Assembly (NCBI GenBank): GCA_964016885.1
Contig: OZ024746.1
Coordinates: 54,374,001 to 54,438,000 of the forward strand
Length of the DNA stretch: 64,000 nucleotides
Direction of reading: 5' to 3'
Source of the DNA: Eledone cirrhosa
Lineage: Eukaryota
Below are positions 40,660 to 53,225 of the stretch, piece after piece. Each line of letters starts with the position of its first letter. Positions within the stretch are counted from its first letter, which is position 1. A model generated the notes under the pieces. It was not told the origin of the DNA. It made no database searches and worked only from the letters and a program-made list of their open reading frames with translations. The position numbers were made by a program, and so were the translations under genes.

Positions 40660-42766
40660 TTACCGTACTTTTCGTAGAGGAGGGATGGTTTTTACATCCC
40701 TTTTCACTTGATCGTCTGGTGAAGGGACCGTTGAATCGTCCCTTCGGCTGGTCGTCGGCTCTTCTATGAGTATGTCGGAATATACTCTTCGATTGATAGT
40801 TCCTCCTAGGTCCCTGAAATCACCAACTGCGTTGGGGAATTTCGTTTTAGTGTTTGTGTATTGTTTCTGTGCTATTTTTAGCAGTCTTATGTTAGCTGGC
40901 GTTTTGATTGGTACTGATATTATGTAGTCGTGTTGTGAAATGTCTGTGTGTTCAATTATGTAAGTCATTAGTTTCTTGCTGTGTGTATTTATTACCGTGC
41001 ATTTGTTTTTCTGCGGGTGGGGTGTGGTTCTGCTATTTTCTTGTCGTTGTTGCTGGGTGTGTGTGTTTTGTTGTTGTGTTTGCGATGTTGGTGCTTGTGG
41101 TGGTGGTGTTGAAGGTGTTGTTGGCGGTGGGGTTGTCGCCGGTGGTGATGGTGGTGCTAGTGTGGGTGGTGATGATGTTGGTGGTGTTGCTGCTGTGAGT
41201 CTCTTTGCAGTAGACTTTACCCTTTTCTCATTTCTTTCCTCCCTTTTCAAAGGCGACGATGCGCTGCTTCTGCGTTTGTGCCTTCTTACGACCTTTTGCC
41301 ATCCCTCTCCCACCTCACACTCCATGTCTGATTCTGTGAGGTAGGGGAGGGGTACCAGCTCCACTCTTTCACTTGTTGTTGGTGATGTTTGCACTGGAGT
41401 CTCTGTTGCAGCTGCATTTGGTATTGCTATTGTTGTTGTTAATACTTCCACTGCTGCTGCTGTTTTTGATTTCCGTGGCGTGGGTATGGGTGCCACGGAC
41501 CTATCGTTCCTGGTTGCCGCTTGTCCTGTTGCTGGTAGCCGTGGAGCCGGTTTCGGAAGGAGGGGGGTTTTCTCCTTTCTCAGGGTCTTCTCGTTGCAGA
41601 AGGCCCTGAGGTGAGTCTTCGATCCACAGCGAAAGCATTTCGGGCGTTTGCCCTCAACACTTATGGGCAGTTGAGTGCCGTTATCGAAGTCTATCACATC
41701 CGGGATAGCTTCGATGCACTCCTGGTTGGTTTGGATTAACATCTCAATGGAGGTGCCGACCCAATCTTCTCTTACTTTTTTCTGTACTTGCAGTACAGTT
41801 GTTTTGTCCTCGATTCCGACGAGGACAGACGCGGCCAGCCAAGAAGGGGCCATCCGGGGGGGGGGGGGGGGGGGCGTGAGTCAGTTTGACCCTCACAATT
41901 TTTTTCCCGCAGTAGGAGGGCACCAACACCATTTCCTCGCTCCTTAGGGTCACTACGGATTGAGCCTTTGCCTCCTGGGGTGTGGCAAAAAGTACGTCTA
42001 CCGTGGCATATTTTTTGCCTCGGGTGATGTGCGTTTTCCGCTGCCACACAGACCCCAAGGCTTTTTGTATTTGAGCCTCTGTGGCTCTTTCAACCCTACG
42101 GGATTTTGTACTTACTGTACGGTACTTGACCGTACAGTGCTGTTGTGTTTCGAAAAATTTTTCCGCTGCCTTGCAGATTGCTCGGTTTCCGGTCTTTGTC
42201 ACCATCTTCTTCGCTTCCTCTAATTCCTCATTTGTTATGAGGATTGTTTCCAGGTTCTTCGCGATACCTGCAAACGAGATTGGTTTTTCTTTGCTGCCGT
42301 TGTTGTTGTCGTCAGAGCTGCTGTTACTTTTGTTGTTGCTGCAGGTACTACGACTACTGCCTCCGCCGCTGTTGCTGTGGTTGTTGTTGGTGTTGCTGCT
42401 AATAATGCTGTTGTTGTTTATGCTGCTGGTGATGCTGTTGCGGCTGCTACTGTTGTTTTCATTGTCACTGTTGCTGTTGTTATTACGGCTGCTACTGCTA
42501 TTATTCCTGACGTCAGACGAATGAAATGGGTTTTCGTATTTCCCGCACACCTGTTTCGTCGTTGTCGTCGTCGTCGTGGAGAAATCTTGCACGCTTTGCA
42601 CGAGACTTTTCTCTTCTGTCGTCGCTTGCGAAAGAGAAGGGAGGGAGAGAGACACATTTAAAGAAGGGAGGGAGAGAGACAATCTTTTCTCTGCTGCAGT
42701 GATGATTGAGGAAAAAGAAGACGGAATGAATGGGAGTGACCTATGAAAATTATTTTTCGTAGCCAT
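40660..42766 (-). pseudogene. Tx1 ORF1 (gag-like, zinc knuckle); single frameshift at the poly-G run ~41856-41875
   Basis: ORFs 41744-42766 and 40660-41853; CFRCGSKTHLRAFC knuckle. Confidence 0.88.
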
Positions 42767-42983
42767 GTTGTTTTTATTTGTTTAAAATAAATATTGGGCA
42801 CAAAACCCCAATAAGAAGTTATTTAACCCCGAAGGGCCAAATAACGGGCAGAAAGACCCCTCTCACGAGGAGGAGGGTGTTTTTGTCTACAAGTTCGTTA
42901 AAGTTTTAAACAATTTACAATTGTTATAGCCTTCAAAATTTACAATACCTTACAGAGCCGAGCCTCCGTCAACCATAGCATTC

Positions 42984-42984
<1 letters not shown>

Positions 42985-43015
<31 letters not shown>

Positions 43016-43232
43016 TTTCTTTATTAACCACAAGGATTTTCATAAACTAGACATTAAGGACAGTGCGGGACAATACAGGACGGTACAAATGGGCATTTCT
43101 GCGTGTAAAAAACAAAAACAGAGGATGTAACAAAAAAAATAACAATGAAAAATTCCCCAATATGGGGGAGACTTCGGAGGGACATTTGTGGAGAAAGCCC
43201 AGTAAAAGGCCACAGAGACCCTGACCACGAAG

Positions 43233-43233
<1 letters not shown>
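42985..43233 (-). mobile_element. Tx1 3'-UTR-only copy with (TTA)n tail
   Basis: 43012-43233 matches 36947-37173. Confidence 0.9.

Positions 43234-43310
<77 letters not shown>
43234..43310 (+). repeat. (TAA)n tract (insertion target)
   Basis: Direct observation. Confidence 0.95.
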
Positions 43311-43312
<2 letters not shown>

Positions 43313-45443
43313 CTGCTTGATGTCAGGTGAGGTACCAGAGTGGTTGACAAAAGGTACCAGAGTTCTGGTAATGAAAGATCGAACCAAGGGTAATGATGTT
43401 ACCAACTATAGACCTATCACATGTCTGTCCGTAATGTGGAAACTGTTGACAAGCATTATGTCTGAGGAAATCTACCATCACCTCCACACAAACCACTTGT
43501 TACCGGACGAACAGAAAGGATGCCGAAAGAAGTCCCGTGGTACAAAGGACCAGTTACTTATTGATAAGATGGTAATGAGGAATTGCAAGAGGAGACACAC
43601 TGGTCTTGCCATGGGATGGATAGACTACAAAAAGGCATTTGACATGGTGCCTCATTCTTGGATCACCAAAATCCTAGAGATTTTCAAGGTGGCAGATAAC
43701 ATCAGACAGTTGTTGGGCAAAAGTATGAAGTCCTGGGAAACAGAGTTAACATCAGCTGGAAAATCCTTGGGAAGCGTGAAGATCAAGAGAGGTATCTTCC
43801 AGGGAGATAGTCTGTCCCCTCTGTTGTTTGTCCTTGCCCTGATGCCCCAGACCATTATACTGCGAAAAGTGAGAGCAGGATACAAGTTGGGAAAGGGAGA
43901 GCTTACCATCAATCACCTCCTCTTCATGGACGAACTTAAGCTCTTCGGGAAGAGTGAGAAGGAGTTGGATGTGCTTGTTGACACTGTCCGTATTTTCAGC
44001 AATGATATGATTATGCAATTTGGTATTAGTAAGTGTGGAGTCCTTGTGATGAAGAGGGGTAAATTGAGCAGAAGCAACGGAATCCAGGTACCAACAGGTG
44101 AGATAAAGGAAATTGACACTGAAGAAGGATACAAGTATTTGGGTGTTCTGGAGGCTCATGACATCAAGAACAAAAACATGAAGCAATTGATAAGATCTGA
44201 ATATATTCGGAGAATAAGGAGCTTATTAAAGTCACATCTGAACAGTAGGAATGCCATAAGTGCAGTAAATTCCCGAGCTGTGTCTATTATTAGGTACAGT
44301 GCGGGAATTCTGAGATGGAATGTTGCTGAACAAAAAGAAATGGATAGGAAGACTAGGAAGCTATTGACTATCTACAACATGTTCCACAAGAGGAGTGATG
44401 TCGATAGACTCTACTTAAGGAGATCTGAAGGTGGAAGAGGTCTTATCAGTATAGAGGACTGTGTTCAGATGGAGAAAAACAACCTACACAAATACGTGAC
44501 TGATAGTAAGGAGCCAATGCTCAGAATTGTACTGAAGGAGAGGACAATAGACCAGGGGATGTTCAAGGAGGAAATAACAACAAGGAGAAAGGGCAGCCTT
44601 CATGAAAAATCCCTTCATAGTACCTTCTTAGAGAAAACTGAATTCAGAGATCCACAGACATGGAACTGGTTGAAAAGAGGAGACCTTAAAAAGGCTACAG
44701 AAGGAATGTTAATGGCTGCGCAGGAGCAGGCCCTCAAAACTAAGTGGTTGAAACACCATATTTACAAGGAGGAGGCTAGCCCACTGTGCAGGATCTGTGG
44801 AGAGAGAGAGGAGACTGTGGCTCACATTGTATCTGAGTGTAAACACCTAGCCCACACTCACTATAAGGGCTGGAGACATGATGTGATGGGCAGGGTGATC
44901 CACTGGCACCTATGCAAAGTAAACAATTTACCACATTCTGAGAAGTGGTATGAGCATAAGCCAGAGTTGGTGATAGAAAACGATCAGGTGACGGTGCTGT
45001 GGATTTTAGGATACAGACGGACAAGAAACTGGAACACAATAGACCTGACCTGGTGGTTTTGGACAAGGAAAAAAGATCGTGCCTGATTGTAGATGTGGCC
45101 TGCTCATTCGACACGAGAGTGCAAGAGAAGGAGAGGGAGAAAATTAACCGATACCAGGACTTAAAGTGGGAGGCAAAAAGGATTTGGAAGTACCATGAAG
45201 TCAAAGTGGTCCCGATTGTCATAGGCGCACTAGGTACTATCTCAAAAAGTTTCCAGGGATGGTTAAAGAAAATTTGCCCCGCCACGCTTTTTGGAACGCT
45301 TCAAAAGGCATGCTTGCTGGGAACAGCAAGAACCCTCCGATACGTCCTGAATATCTGAGGCTGCAGGTATTGGCTTGATATTCCTTTCAACAAACTTTCC
45401 AGTTAACTAACATCAATGACTGAGACTCAAAGAACAATAATAA
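43311..45443 (+). mobile_element. 5'-truncated Dong/R4-clade LINE (RT, CCHC, REL endonuclease) in (TAA)n
   Basis: [69 protein letters not shown]...DVA...EKINRY; ends aacaataataat. Confidence 0.93.
43317..45358 (+). pseudogene. Dong/R4 ORF C-terminal portion; frameshift at ~45000
   Basis: ORFs 43317-45086 and 44999-45358; RT catalytic motif reads FMDE instead of (Y/F)xDD. Confidence 0.9.
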
Positions 45444-46960
45444 TGCTTTCTTTATTAACCACAAGGGTTTACATAAAGTAGACATTAAGGACAGTACAGG
45501 ACAATACAGGACGGTACAAATGGGCATTTAAGCGTGTAAAAAAAAACAAAGGATGTAATAAAAAAATAAGAAAGAAAAATTCCCCAATAGGGGGGAGACT
45601 CCCGAGGGACATTTGTGGCGAAAGCCCATTAAAACGCCACAGTGACCCTGACCACCAGGGCAAGTGCCCTCTCCCAGTTTTCCACCTTTAATTTACAGAC
45701 AGATACTCAGAGTAGGCCCATTCACATGAGCCATACTTGCTTCTCTCACCCATCTTTCAACAAAATGCTGGGAAGAGAGTACTTCCCTCTCTACCCTGAT
45801 TTTCCTTTTCAAATGAAATTTGAAAAAGTTAATCAGGGCATCACCGAAGAGGTTAGTGGTCGTCTTCAGCCCTTTCAAACGTGTCCACCATAGTATCTCT
45901 TTCGCCATGGCCACCAGACAGATAAAAACTGCCTGCCCTTCCCGGCTAAAGGAAGAGGGCGAGGCAATCCTCACGATGGACTCAGCTGATAGCTGGATCC
46001 GTCCTACACGTGACAGCAGGTGTTCGACATATACCCACAAGTCAGCAATGCTCGGACACTGGACGGTTTCGTCGCCCTGCGCGCATCTCGGACATGCCCG
46101 GCTAACGGCACCTCCATGCCTGTAGAGTTCATCCCGAACTGGCAAATCTCCTAGGTAGCACTGCCAGGCCAGGGATTTCTGGAAGTTGTCCATAGGCCCC
46201 GGCCCGAAAGTCCTTCCGAAGAGATTGGCTAGTTGATTTTCGTCGACGCCTAGAATTTCTCCAAGTACGTCGTCGCTCTTCCCCTCCACTAATCCTCTAT
46301 AGAACGACAAGGTCGAGTTTCCACCGATCACATTGCCCGATTGGTCGAGGGCTGTGAGCGCCTGAAGACATTCCAGTCTCCAAGAACTCCTCTCGGTCTT
46401 CGCTTGACCCAGGACACAGCTCCGTCAAGGCGACGAGCTGGGGAAAGACGTGTCTAGCAAACGGCGACCACACCTGATCATCGTCGAGGAAGAGGTGGAG
46501 ATGTCGTAGCCTGAGCGCGTGTCTGCGCATCATCAGCCACGGCATGCCCAGCCCACCACTTAGCGGGTGTTGACAGCAGATGGACCGCCTGACCATCGGA
46601 GCGCGTCCTTTCCACAAAAAGCGAAAGAGCAAACGCTCCAGCGCAGTCAGGCGGGGCTTAGGACAAGGTACGACGGTCAGGCGGTAGTAGATGACGGACG
46701 CGATGTACGCGTTAGCCACCTCCGCTCGACCTTTCAGGGATAGTTTCCTCTCCGCCCATTTCTGGGTGAGAGAAGCCACCCTGCTCGTCACCTCGTCCCA
46801 GTTTTTGTCCCTCTGGAGGTCCGGACCGAACCAGACCCCTAGCAATTTAACCGGTCCATCCGTCCAGCGCCCGACGACGCTGTTGGACGGCATGGACCTT
46901 CCCCTCCAGGTACCGAACTGCAGGCCCACTGACTTTTCCTGGTTGATCATTGCTCCTGTC
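45444..46960 (-). mobile_element. 5'-truncated Tx1 copy (1.5 kb)
   Basis: Homologous to 36947-38490; homology stops at ...tcctgtc 46960. Confidence 0.93.
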
Positions 46961-47264
46961 ATAAATACTCTATCGGGGCCACCACGAAGAGGCCGCTTTC
47001 GGTTATTTGTCGGAAATTTCTTCATAAGAGCCTTTATTCTTATAGCTTGGTCTAATTGATTTTTTATATGGTTAATTATGGTAATTGGTAGAGGAAATGG
47101 TATATATTTCATCTAATAATTCTAAAGAAATGATTTATGATATTTGCTCTGATTATTTAATTTATTAATTCTTCATTGAACCACAACGTGACCGGTTGCA
47201 AAACACATATATATGTATGACTTTATGTTTATGGATATGTAAATCTTTATATATATATATATAT

Positions 47265-47496
47265 AAGTAGAAGGGGTTTTTAATTTGTTGGAAGTTCGAC
47301 AAATATAAATGTTTATAACTGATTTAGAGCACTCAACAAGATAATGGAGTAAATATCCAGTGAATATCCAACCGATAAGGTATGACTTTCAAACTTTGTA
47401 TTTTATCTGATGAAAGCGTACCAATGTGCCTTGGTACCCTTGAAATATATAAAAATAAATATGGTTTTATAAATAAAGTTACCATTTATTTAATAT

Positions 47497-47500
<4 letters not shown>
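47265..47500. mobile_element. Family A element with HHR at ~47399-47460 (+)
   Basis: tattttat-CTGATGA-aagcgtaccaatgtgccttggtaccctt-GAAA-tatata; preceded by an inverted family A 3' end. Confidence 0.75.
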
Positions 47501-47535
<35 letters not shown>

Positions 47536-47540
<5 letters not shown>

Positions 47541-48610
47541 AAAATGAAACGAAATTTCATTTCCCACTCTTAGTACGGCTGTTACTTAAATATAAGTATG
47601 TAATACGTACATACATATATGTTTACAGACGTACAGTAGTATGTATATATATATACATACATGCACACATATATATGTACGTATGGATTCACCGAACATT
47701 TATTATAATGCTCGGTATGTTTGTAAACAAACATCCCGTATTAAGCCGTAGTGTCTAGCAACCATCGTTGCTCGTTTGTTCAACATTGACAAAGGAACGC
47801 TGTACTAGTTGCAAGCTTATTAGCTATCGTCAGCAACGTATACCGTCGTGCCAGATGATAGAACTTCTGAAAGTATATACTTTCCTTATGCATATTAACG
47901 GCTGAGTAGCCCAATTTGCATTTCGAGAGGGTTAATCGGCCGGGTGCACCGAAAACGATAAACGGAAAAAATGAAACGAAATTTAATTTCCCACTCTAAG
48001 TGCGGCTGTTACTTAAATAAAAGTATGTATACGTAAATACATATATGTATACAGACGTACAGTAGTATGTATATATATATATACATACATGCACACATAT
48101 ATATATGTACGTATGGATTCACCGAACATTTATTATAATGCTCGGTGTGTTTGTAAACAAACATCCCGTATTAAGCCGCAGTGTCTAGCAACCATCGTTG
48201 CTCGTTTGTTCAACACTGACAACGGAAGGGTTTCATTTTTTCCGTTTCTCGTTTTCAGTGCACCCGGCCGATTAACCCACTCGATATGCAAATTGGGCTA
48301 CTCAGCCGTTAATATGCATAAGGAAAGTACATACTTTCAGACGTTCAATCATCTAGCAGGAAGATAAACGTTGCTGACAATAGCTAATAAGCTTGAAACT
48401 AGTACAGCGTTCCTTTGTCATGGTTGAACAAACGAGCAACGATGCTTGCTAGACACTACGGCTTAATACGGGATGTTTGTTTACAAACACACCGAGCATT
48501 ATAATAAATGTTCGGTGAATCCATACGTACATATATATATATATGTGCATTTATGTATATATATATACATACGTCTGGATACATATATGTATGTACGTAT
48601 ACATACTTAT
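47536..48610 (-). mobile_element. HHR family C element: ~1.6 tandem units (427-bp period) plus an inverted unit
   Basis: atgaaacgaaattt at 47544 and 47971; 48230-48610 is the reverse complement of ~47595-47977; HHRs at 47797-47839 (-) and 48367-48411 (+). Confidence 0.85.
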
Positions 48611-48611
48611 A

Positions 48612-48650
<39 letters not shown>

Positions 48651-48705
48651 TAGGTATAAGATTATCCTAGATGCAGTAAGGGTTAATTACTACACTGGAT
48701 AGAGT

Positions 48706-48905
48706 NNNNNNNNNNNNNNNNNNNNNNNNNNNNNNNNNNNNNNNNNNNNNNNNNNNNNNNNNNNNNNNNNNNNNNNNNNNNNNNNNNNNNNNNNNNNNNN
48801 NNNNNNNNNNNNNNNNNNNNNNNNNNNNNNNNNNNNNNNNNNNNNNNNNNNNNNNNNNNNNNNNNNNNNNNNNNNNNNNNNNNNNNNNNNNNNNNNNNNN
48901 NNNNN
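48706..48905. other. Assembly gap (200 N)
   Basis: Run of N. Confidence 1.
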
Positions 48906-49800
48906 AAATAGGAGAGAGTGGTTTGTAGATATTTTAATCAAAATGTTATGGTAGGGGTTTTATTATACTGGTTACTCTTAAAGCGACCACCTTAAGCGAT
49001 GCGTTGATAGTCAAGGGTTGGAATTATTTATTGCCCCAGAGGGCAGGTTCATAGATGTGGAGAGGGAGGTAGGTCAAAGGCGATGAGAGAGTGGAATGGA
49101 TATAGAGAGAGAGGATAGAGAGGGGACAGACGAAAGCTATGGGGTGGGTGAACTTTGGGTCCGTAGTAGTAAACTGCGAATCGCACTAAGTTACCATTTA
49201 TAGCGATAAGCAGGGTATTGTCTTGTAGTGTGGCGGAAGAGAAGGAGGTTAGCTAGAAAGCAATGTTATAGTTACGGGTTCGAATGTTAAGTTATTTTAT
49301 AATGAGAGAATTTAGCTTTTAGGTTTGTGGTTGCAGTATAATGATCGTTCGATTCTATCGTTAAGTAGTTTATTTTTGGATTTTAAGATGTAAAAGAGTT
49401 CAAGGTTACATAACCTACAGTGCTTCAATCCCACTCCGATATGCACTTACGCTGGAAAGTATATCCCATTTTAAGGTGAAACTGTTGGTTGCGTTCACGG
49501 AGTTGCCAAGTTTTGTTGGCGAGCGTGATCACAAAACGGTGATCAGGATGTTTTGATTGAGAATCGATGACGGGTACTAGCGAGATTTCAACGAGGTGGT
49601 GGTAGACCTGATGTAATACCATTTCTGGTCGTTCGATTCAACCGTGCATTGGTAAACAATGTTGGACTTTAGGCATTCATTCTTCAATGGACATTTTTCA
49701 GGTAGATGGCAGTTACAGTTTTTGTTGTGGGTAGCGGGTATACCATGGATAGGTTGTGATAGCAGTACAGGTGGGTTGTGTAAATACCCGTCTCCCATTT
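48906..49800 (-). mobile_element. Decayed PLE 3' part (Cys linker + GIY-YIG)
   Basis: CNCHLPEKCPLKNECLKSNIVYQCTV...YYIRSTTTSLKSR. Confidence 0.8.
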
Positions 49801-49842
49801 AGTGGTTGGGAGGCAGATATTACGTTCTGCTCATCTGCTATC

Positions 49843-50160
49843 AACATATTTATTTCATTATACATATTTCAAGGGGCACCAAGGCAGATTATGGTGGGCT
49901 TCATCAGATAAAATATAATATAGATTAGTTTTATAAATGAATATTGACATACCCTGAAAAAAATGCAACCTTCACGGTTGGAGTCTCCTACTTTGGTGGC
50001 CCTTGAAATATGTATAATGAAATAAATATGGTTTTGTAAATATAGTTTCCATTTGTTAATATATTGTATATTTACTCCAATAAAATTGTTGAGTGCTTTA
50101 TATCAGTTATAAAAATATTTTTCTTGTTGTATCCCAACAAATTAAATATAACCTCTACAT
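49843..50160. mobile_element. Family A element with inverted HHR segment (~49846-49913, -)
   Basis: tattttat-CTGATGA-agcccaccataatctgccttggtgcccctt-GAAA-tatgta-TA-atgaaata; same layout as 13598-13890. Confidence 0.8.
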
Positions 50161-50294
50161 ATATACATATATATATATATAAAGAATAAGTATATCTACC
50201 AACATATGTGTACAGATGTACACCCATGCTAGCAAATATATATGTTATGTCTTAGTACCTTTGTGGTTCTATGCAGGGGGATGCAGAACAATTA

Positions 50295-50739
50295 TATGAA
50301 AGACGTAAAATAAGAAAATTAAAAAATAAAAATTCAACTTACTAAAATTTTCACTCCAACTAATTAGTTTCTGTAAGGGGATAAATATAGTTACGTAATA
50401 TAACTATAGAGAATTCCTTACGTCATCAGGGAGTCTATTCTCAGCTAAGTTCCCAGGCAATACGCGGACACTAGGAACCCATATAAAAATAATAATTCAG
50501 TGGATGGAATAATGCTAGCGGGGACTAAATTCCAAAGCACTGAAAAATTCACTGCCTCTGGTCAGTGGCAGATTCTAAACTTAGCTGAGAATAGACTCCC
50601 TGATGACGTAAAGAATTATCTATAGTTATATTACGTAACTGTATTTATCCCCTTACAGAAACTAATTAGTTGGAGTGAAAATTTTAGTAAGTAAGTTGAT
50701 TTTTAATTTTTTTAATTTTCTTATTTTACGTCTTTCATA
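50295..50739. mobile_element. Fold-back element (family H) with an HHR in each arm
   Basis: Arms 50295-50450 and 50578-50739; actcc-CTGATGA-cgtaa(a/g)g...ccttaca-GAAA-ctaattag-TT-ggagt at 50595-50676 (+) and 50353-50434 (-). Confidence 0.82.
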
Positions 50740-50777
50740 TCTATCTCTCTCTCTCTCTCTATATATATATAAATGCA

Positions 50778-50808
<31 letters not shown>

Positions 50809-50835
50809 GCATATATATATGTGTATATATATATA

Positions 50836-50886
<51 letters not shown>

Positions 50887-51330
50887 TATAAATATAAATA
50901 TGAATATATATAAATACATATAAATATATAATGTGTGTGTGTGTACATAAATGTATAAATGTGTTCATGTATATATGTATACATGTATATATATATATAT
51001 ATATCTGTGTGCGTGTGCATTTTTTTCTTTTTCTTTTTACGGTTTTACTCGTGACATATTTTCTACCGTTGAATTTCTATTTTGTAGTATGACTGTGCTG
51101 GGTTTGGGAGTTGTAGTTGTTGTTATTGGTGTTGGTATTTTGTATTGGTCGGCTGTTCGCTTGGTCTGCTATATTGATGGTTGCTCATACTGTTGTTTGT
51201 TCAACACTATTTTTTCCGTTTTTTGTTCAGTTAAAAACTGTCTTTTAATTTAATTTATTTATAAAAATAAATTAAAAACTAAACGAAAGCAAAAAGGAAA
51301 GCAAGAAGAAACAAAAAAATCAAAGCAAAA

Positions 51331-51410
51331 ACACCACCACCATCACCACCACCACCACCACCACCACCACCACCACCACCACCACCACCACCACCACCAC
51401 CACCACCACC

Positions 51411-51442
<32 letters not shown>

Positions 51443-51539
51443 CAACAACACCAGCAACACCACTACCACTATTATCAACACTACCACCTCCACCATTACC
51501 ACCACTACCACAACCAATAACACCACTACCACTACCACC

Positions 51540-51571
<32 letters not shown>

Positions 51572-51800
51572 CAAAAACAACAACAACACCAGCAACACCA
51601 TTACCACTATTATCAAAACTACCACCTCCACCAGCAACACCACAACCACTATTATTAACACTACCACCTCCACCATTACCACCACTACCACCGCCACCAC
51701 CACCAACAACAACAACAACAACAACACCAGCAACACCACTACCACTATTGTCAACACTACCACCTCCACCATTACCACCACTACCACAACCACTAGCACC

Positions 51801-51852
<52 letters not shown>

Positions 51853-51926
51853 CCAGCAACCCTACTACCACTATTATCAACACTACCACCTCCACCATTA
51901 CCACCACTACCACAACCACTAACACC

Positions 51927-51958
<32 letters not shown>

Positions 51959-52058
51959 CAACAACAACACCAGCAACCCTACTACCACTATTATCAACAC
52001 TACCACCTCCACCATTACCACCACTACCACAACCACTAACACCACCACCACCACCACC

Positions 52059-52090
<32 letters not shown>

Positions 52091-52172
52091 CACCAGCAAC
52101 CCTACTACCACTATTATCAACACAACCACCTCCGCCATTACAACCACTACCACAACCACTAACACCACCAAC

Positions 52173-52204
<32 letters not shown>

Positions 52205-52295
52205 CAACAACACCAGCAACCCTACTACCACTATTATCAACACTACCACCTCCACCATTACCACCACTACCACAACCACTAACACCACCACCACC

Positions 52296-52327
<32 letters not shown>

Positions 52328-52697
52328 CAACAACACCAGCAACACTACCACCATCACCACTACTAACAACAACAACAACACCAGCAACACTACCACCACC
52401 ATCACTACCACCACCGCCAACACCACCAACAACACCAGCAACACTACCACGACCACCACTACTAACAACAACAACAACAACAACACCAGCAACACTACCA
52501 CCATCATCACTACCACCACCGCCAACACCACCACCACCACCAACAACAACAACACCAGCAACACTACCACGACCACCACTACCAACAACAACAACAACAA
52601 CAATACCAGCAACACTATTACCACTATTACCAACACTACCAGCACTACCACTACCACCACCAACAACAACTACAACAACACCACCACCACCACTACC

Positions 52698-52729
<32 letters not shown>

Positions 52730-52932
52730 CGCCACCATCATCGCCACCACTACTAGCAACAGCAACATAAACACCCTCACCGCCACCGCCACCACCAACA
52801 CCACCACCAACACCACCACCACCACCACCACCAAAAAGAACACAGTCACGACCACCGCCACCGACAGCAACAACACAGCCAGCACACCAACCCCCATATT
52901 CATCACCACCAACACCACTACCAACACCACCA
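51331..52932 (+). repeat. Compound (CAC)/(CAA) microsatellite with ~110-130-bp higher-order unit
   Basis: Recurrent ccagcaaccctactaccactattatcaacactaccacctccaccattacc block. Confidence 0.92.
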
Positions 52933-52946
52933 CATTACATTTTTAT

Positions 52947-52972
52947 TGTAGTAGTAGCAGTAGTAGTAGCAG

Positions 52973-53064
<92 letters not shown>

Positions 53065-53081
53065 CACCAGCAGTAGCAGCG

Positions 53082-53151
<70 letters not shown>

Positions 53152-53186
53152 CAGCACCAGCAGTAGCAGCAGTAATAGTAGTAGTA

Positions 53187-53221
<35 letters not shown>

Positions 53222-53225
53222 TAGT
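52947..53225 (+). repeat. (GTA)/(GCA)n microsatellite
   Basis: Direct observation. Confidence 0.95.

Larger units (their letters stand above)
36922..42984 (-). mobile_element. Full-length Tx1/L1-clade LINE (~6 kb), copy 2
   Basis: 5' UTR 42767-42984, ORF1, ORF2, 3' UTR with AATAAA and (TTA)n tail; (AAT)n on both sides. Confidence 0.95.

Noticed and set aside
45400-45443. Dong 3' end as the donor of the SINE family 1 tail
   Set aside because: Similarity is limited to gaa(a)caat, and the tails differ (TAA vs TTA)
46297-47112. ORF with a novel N-terminus fused to Tx1 ORF2
   Set aside because: Chance read-in from AT-rich flank across the 5' truncation at 46960
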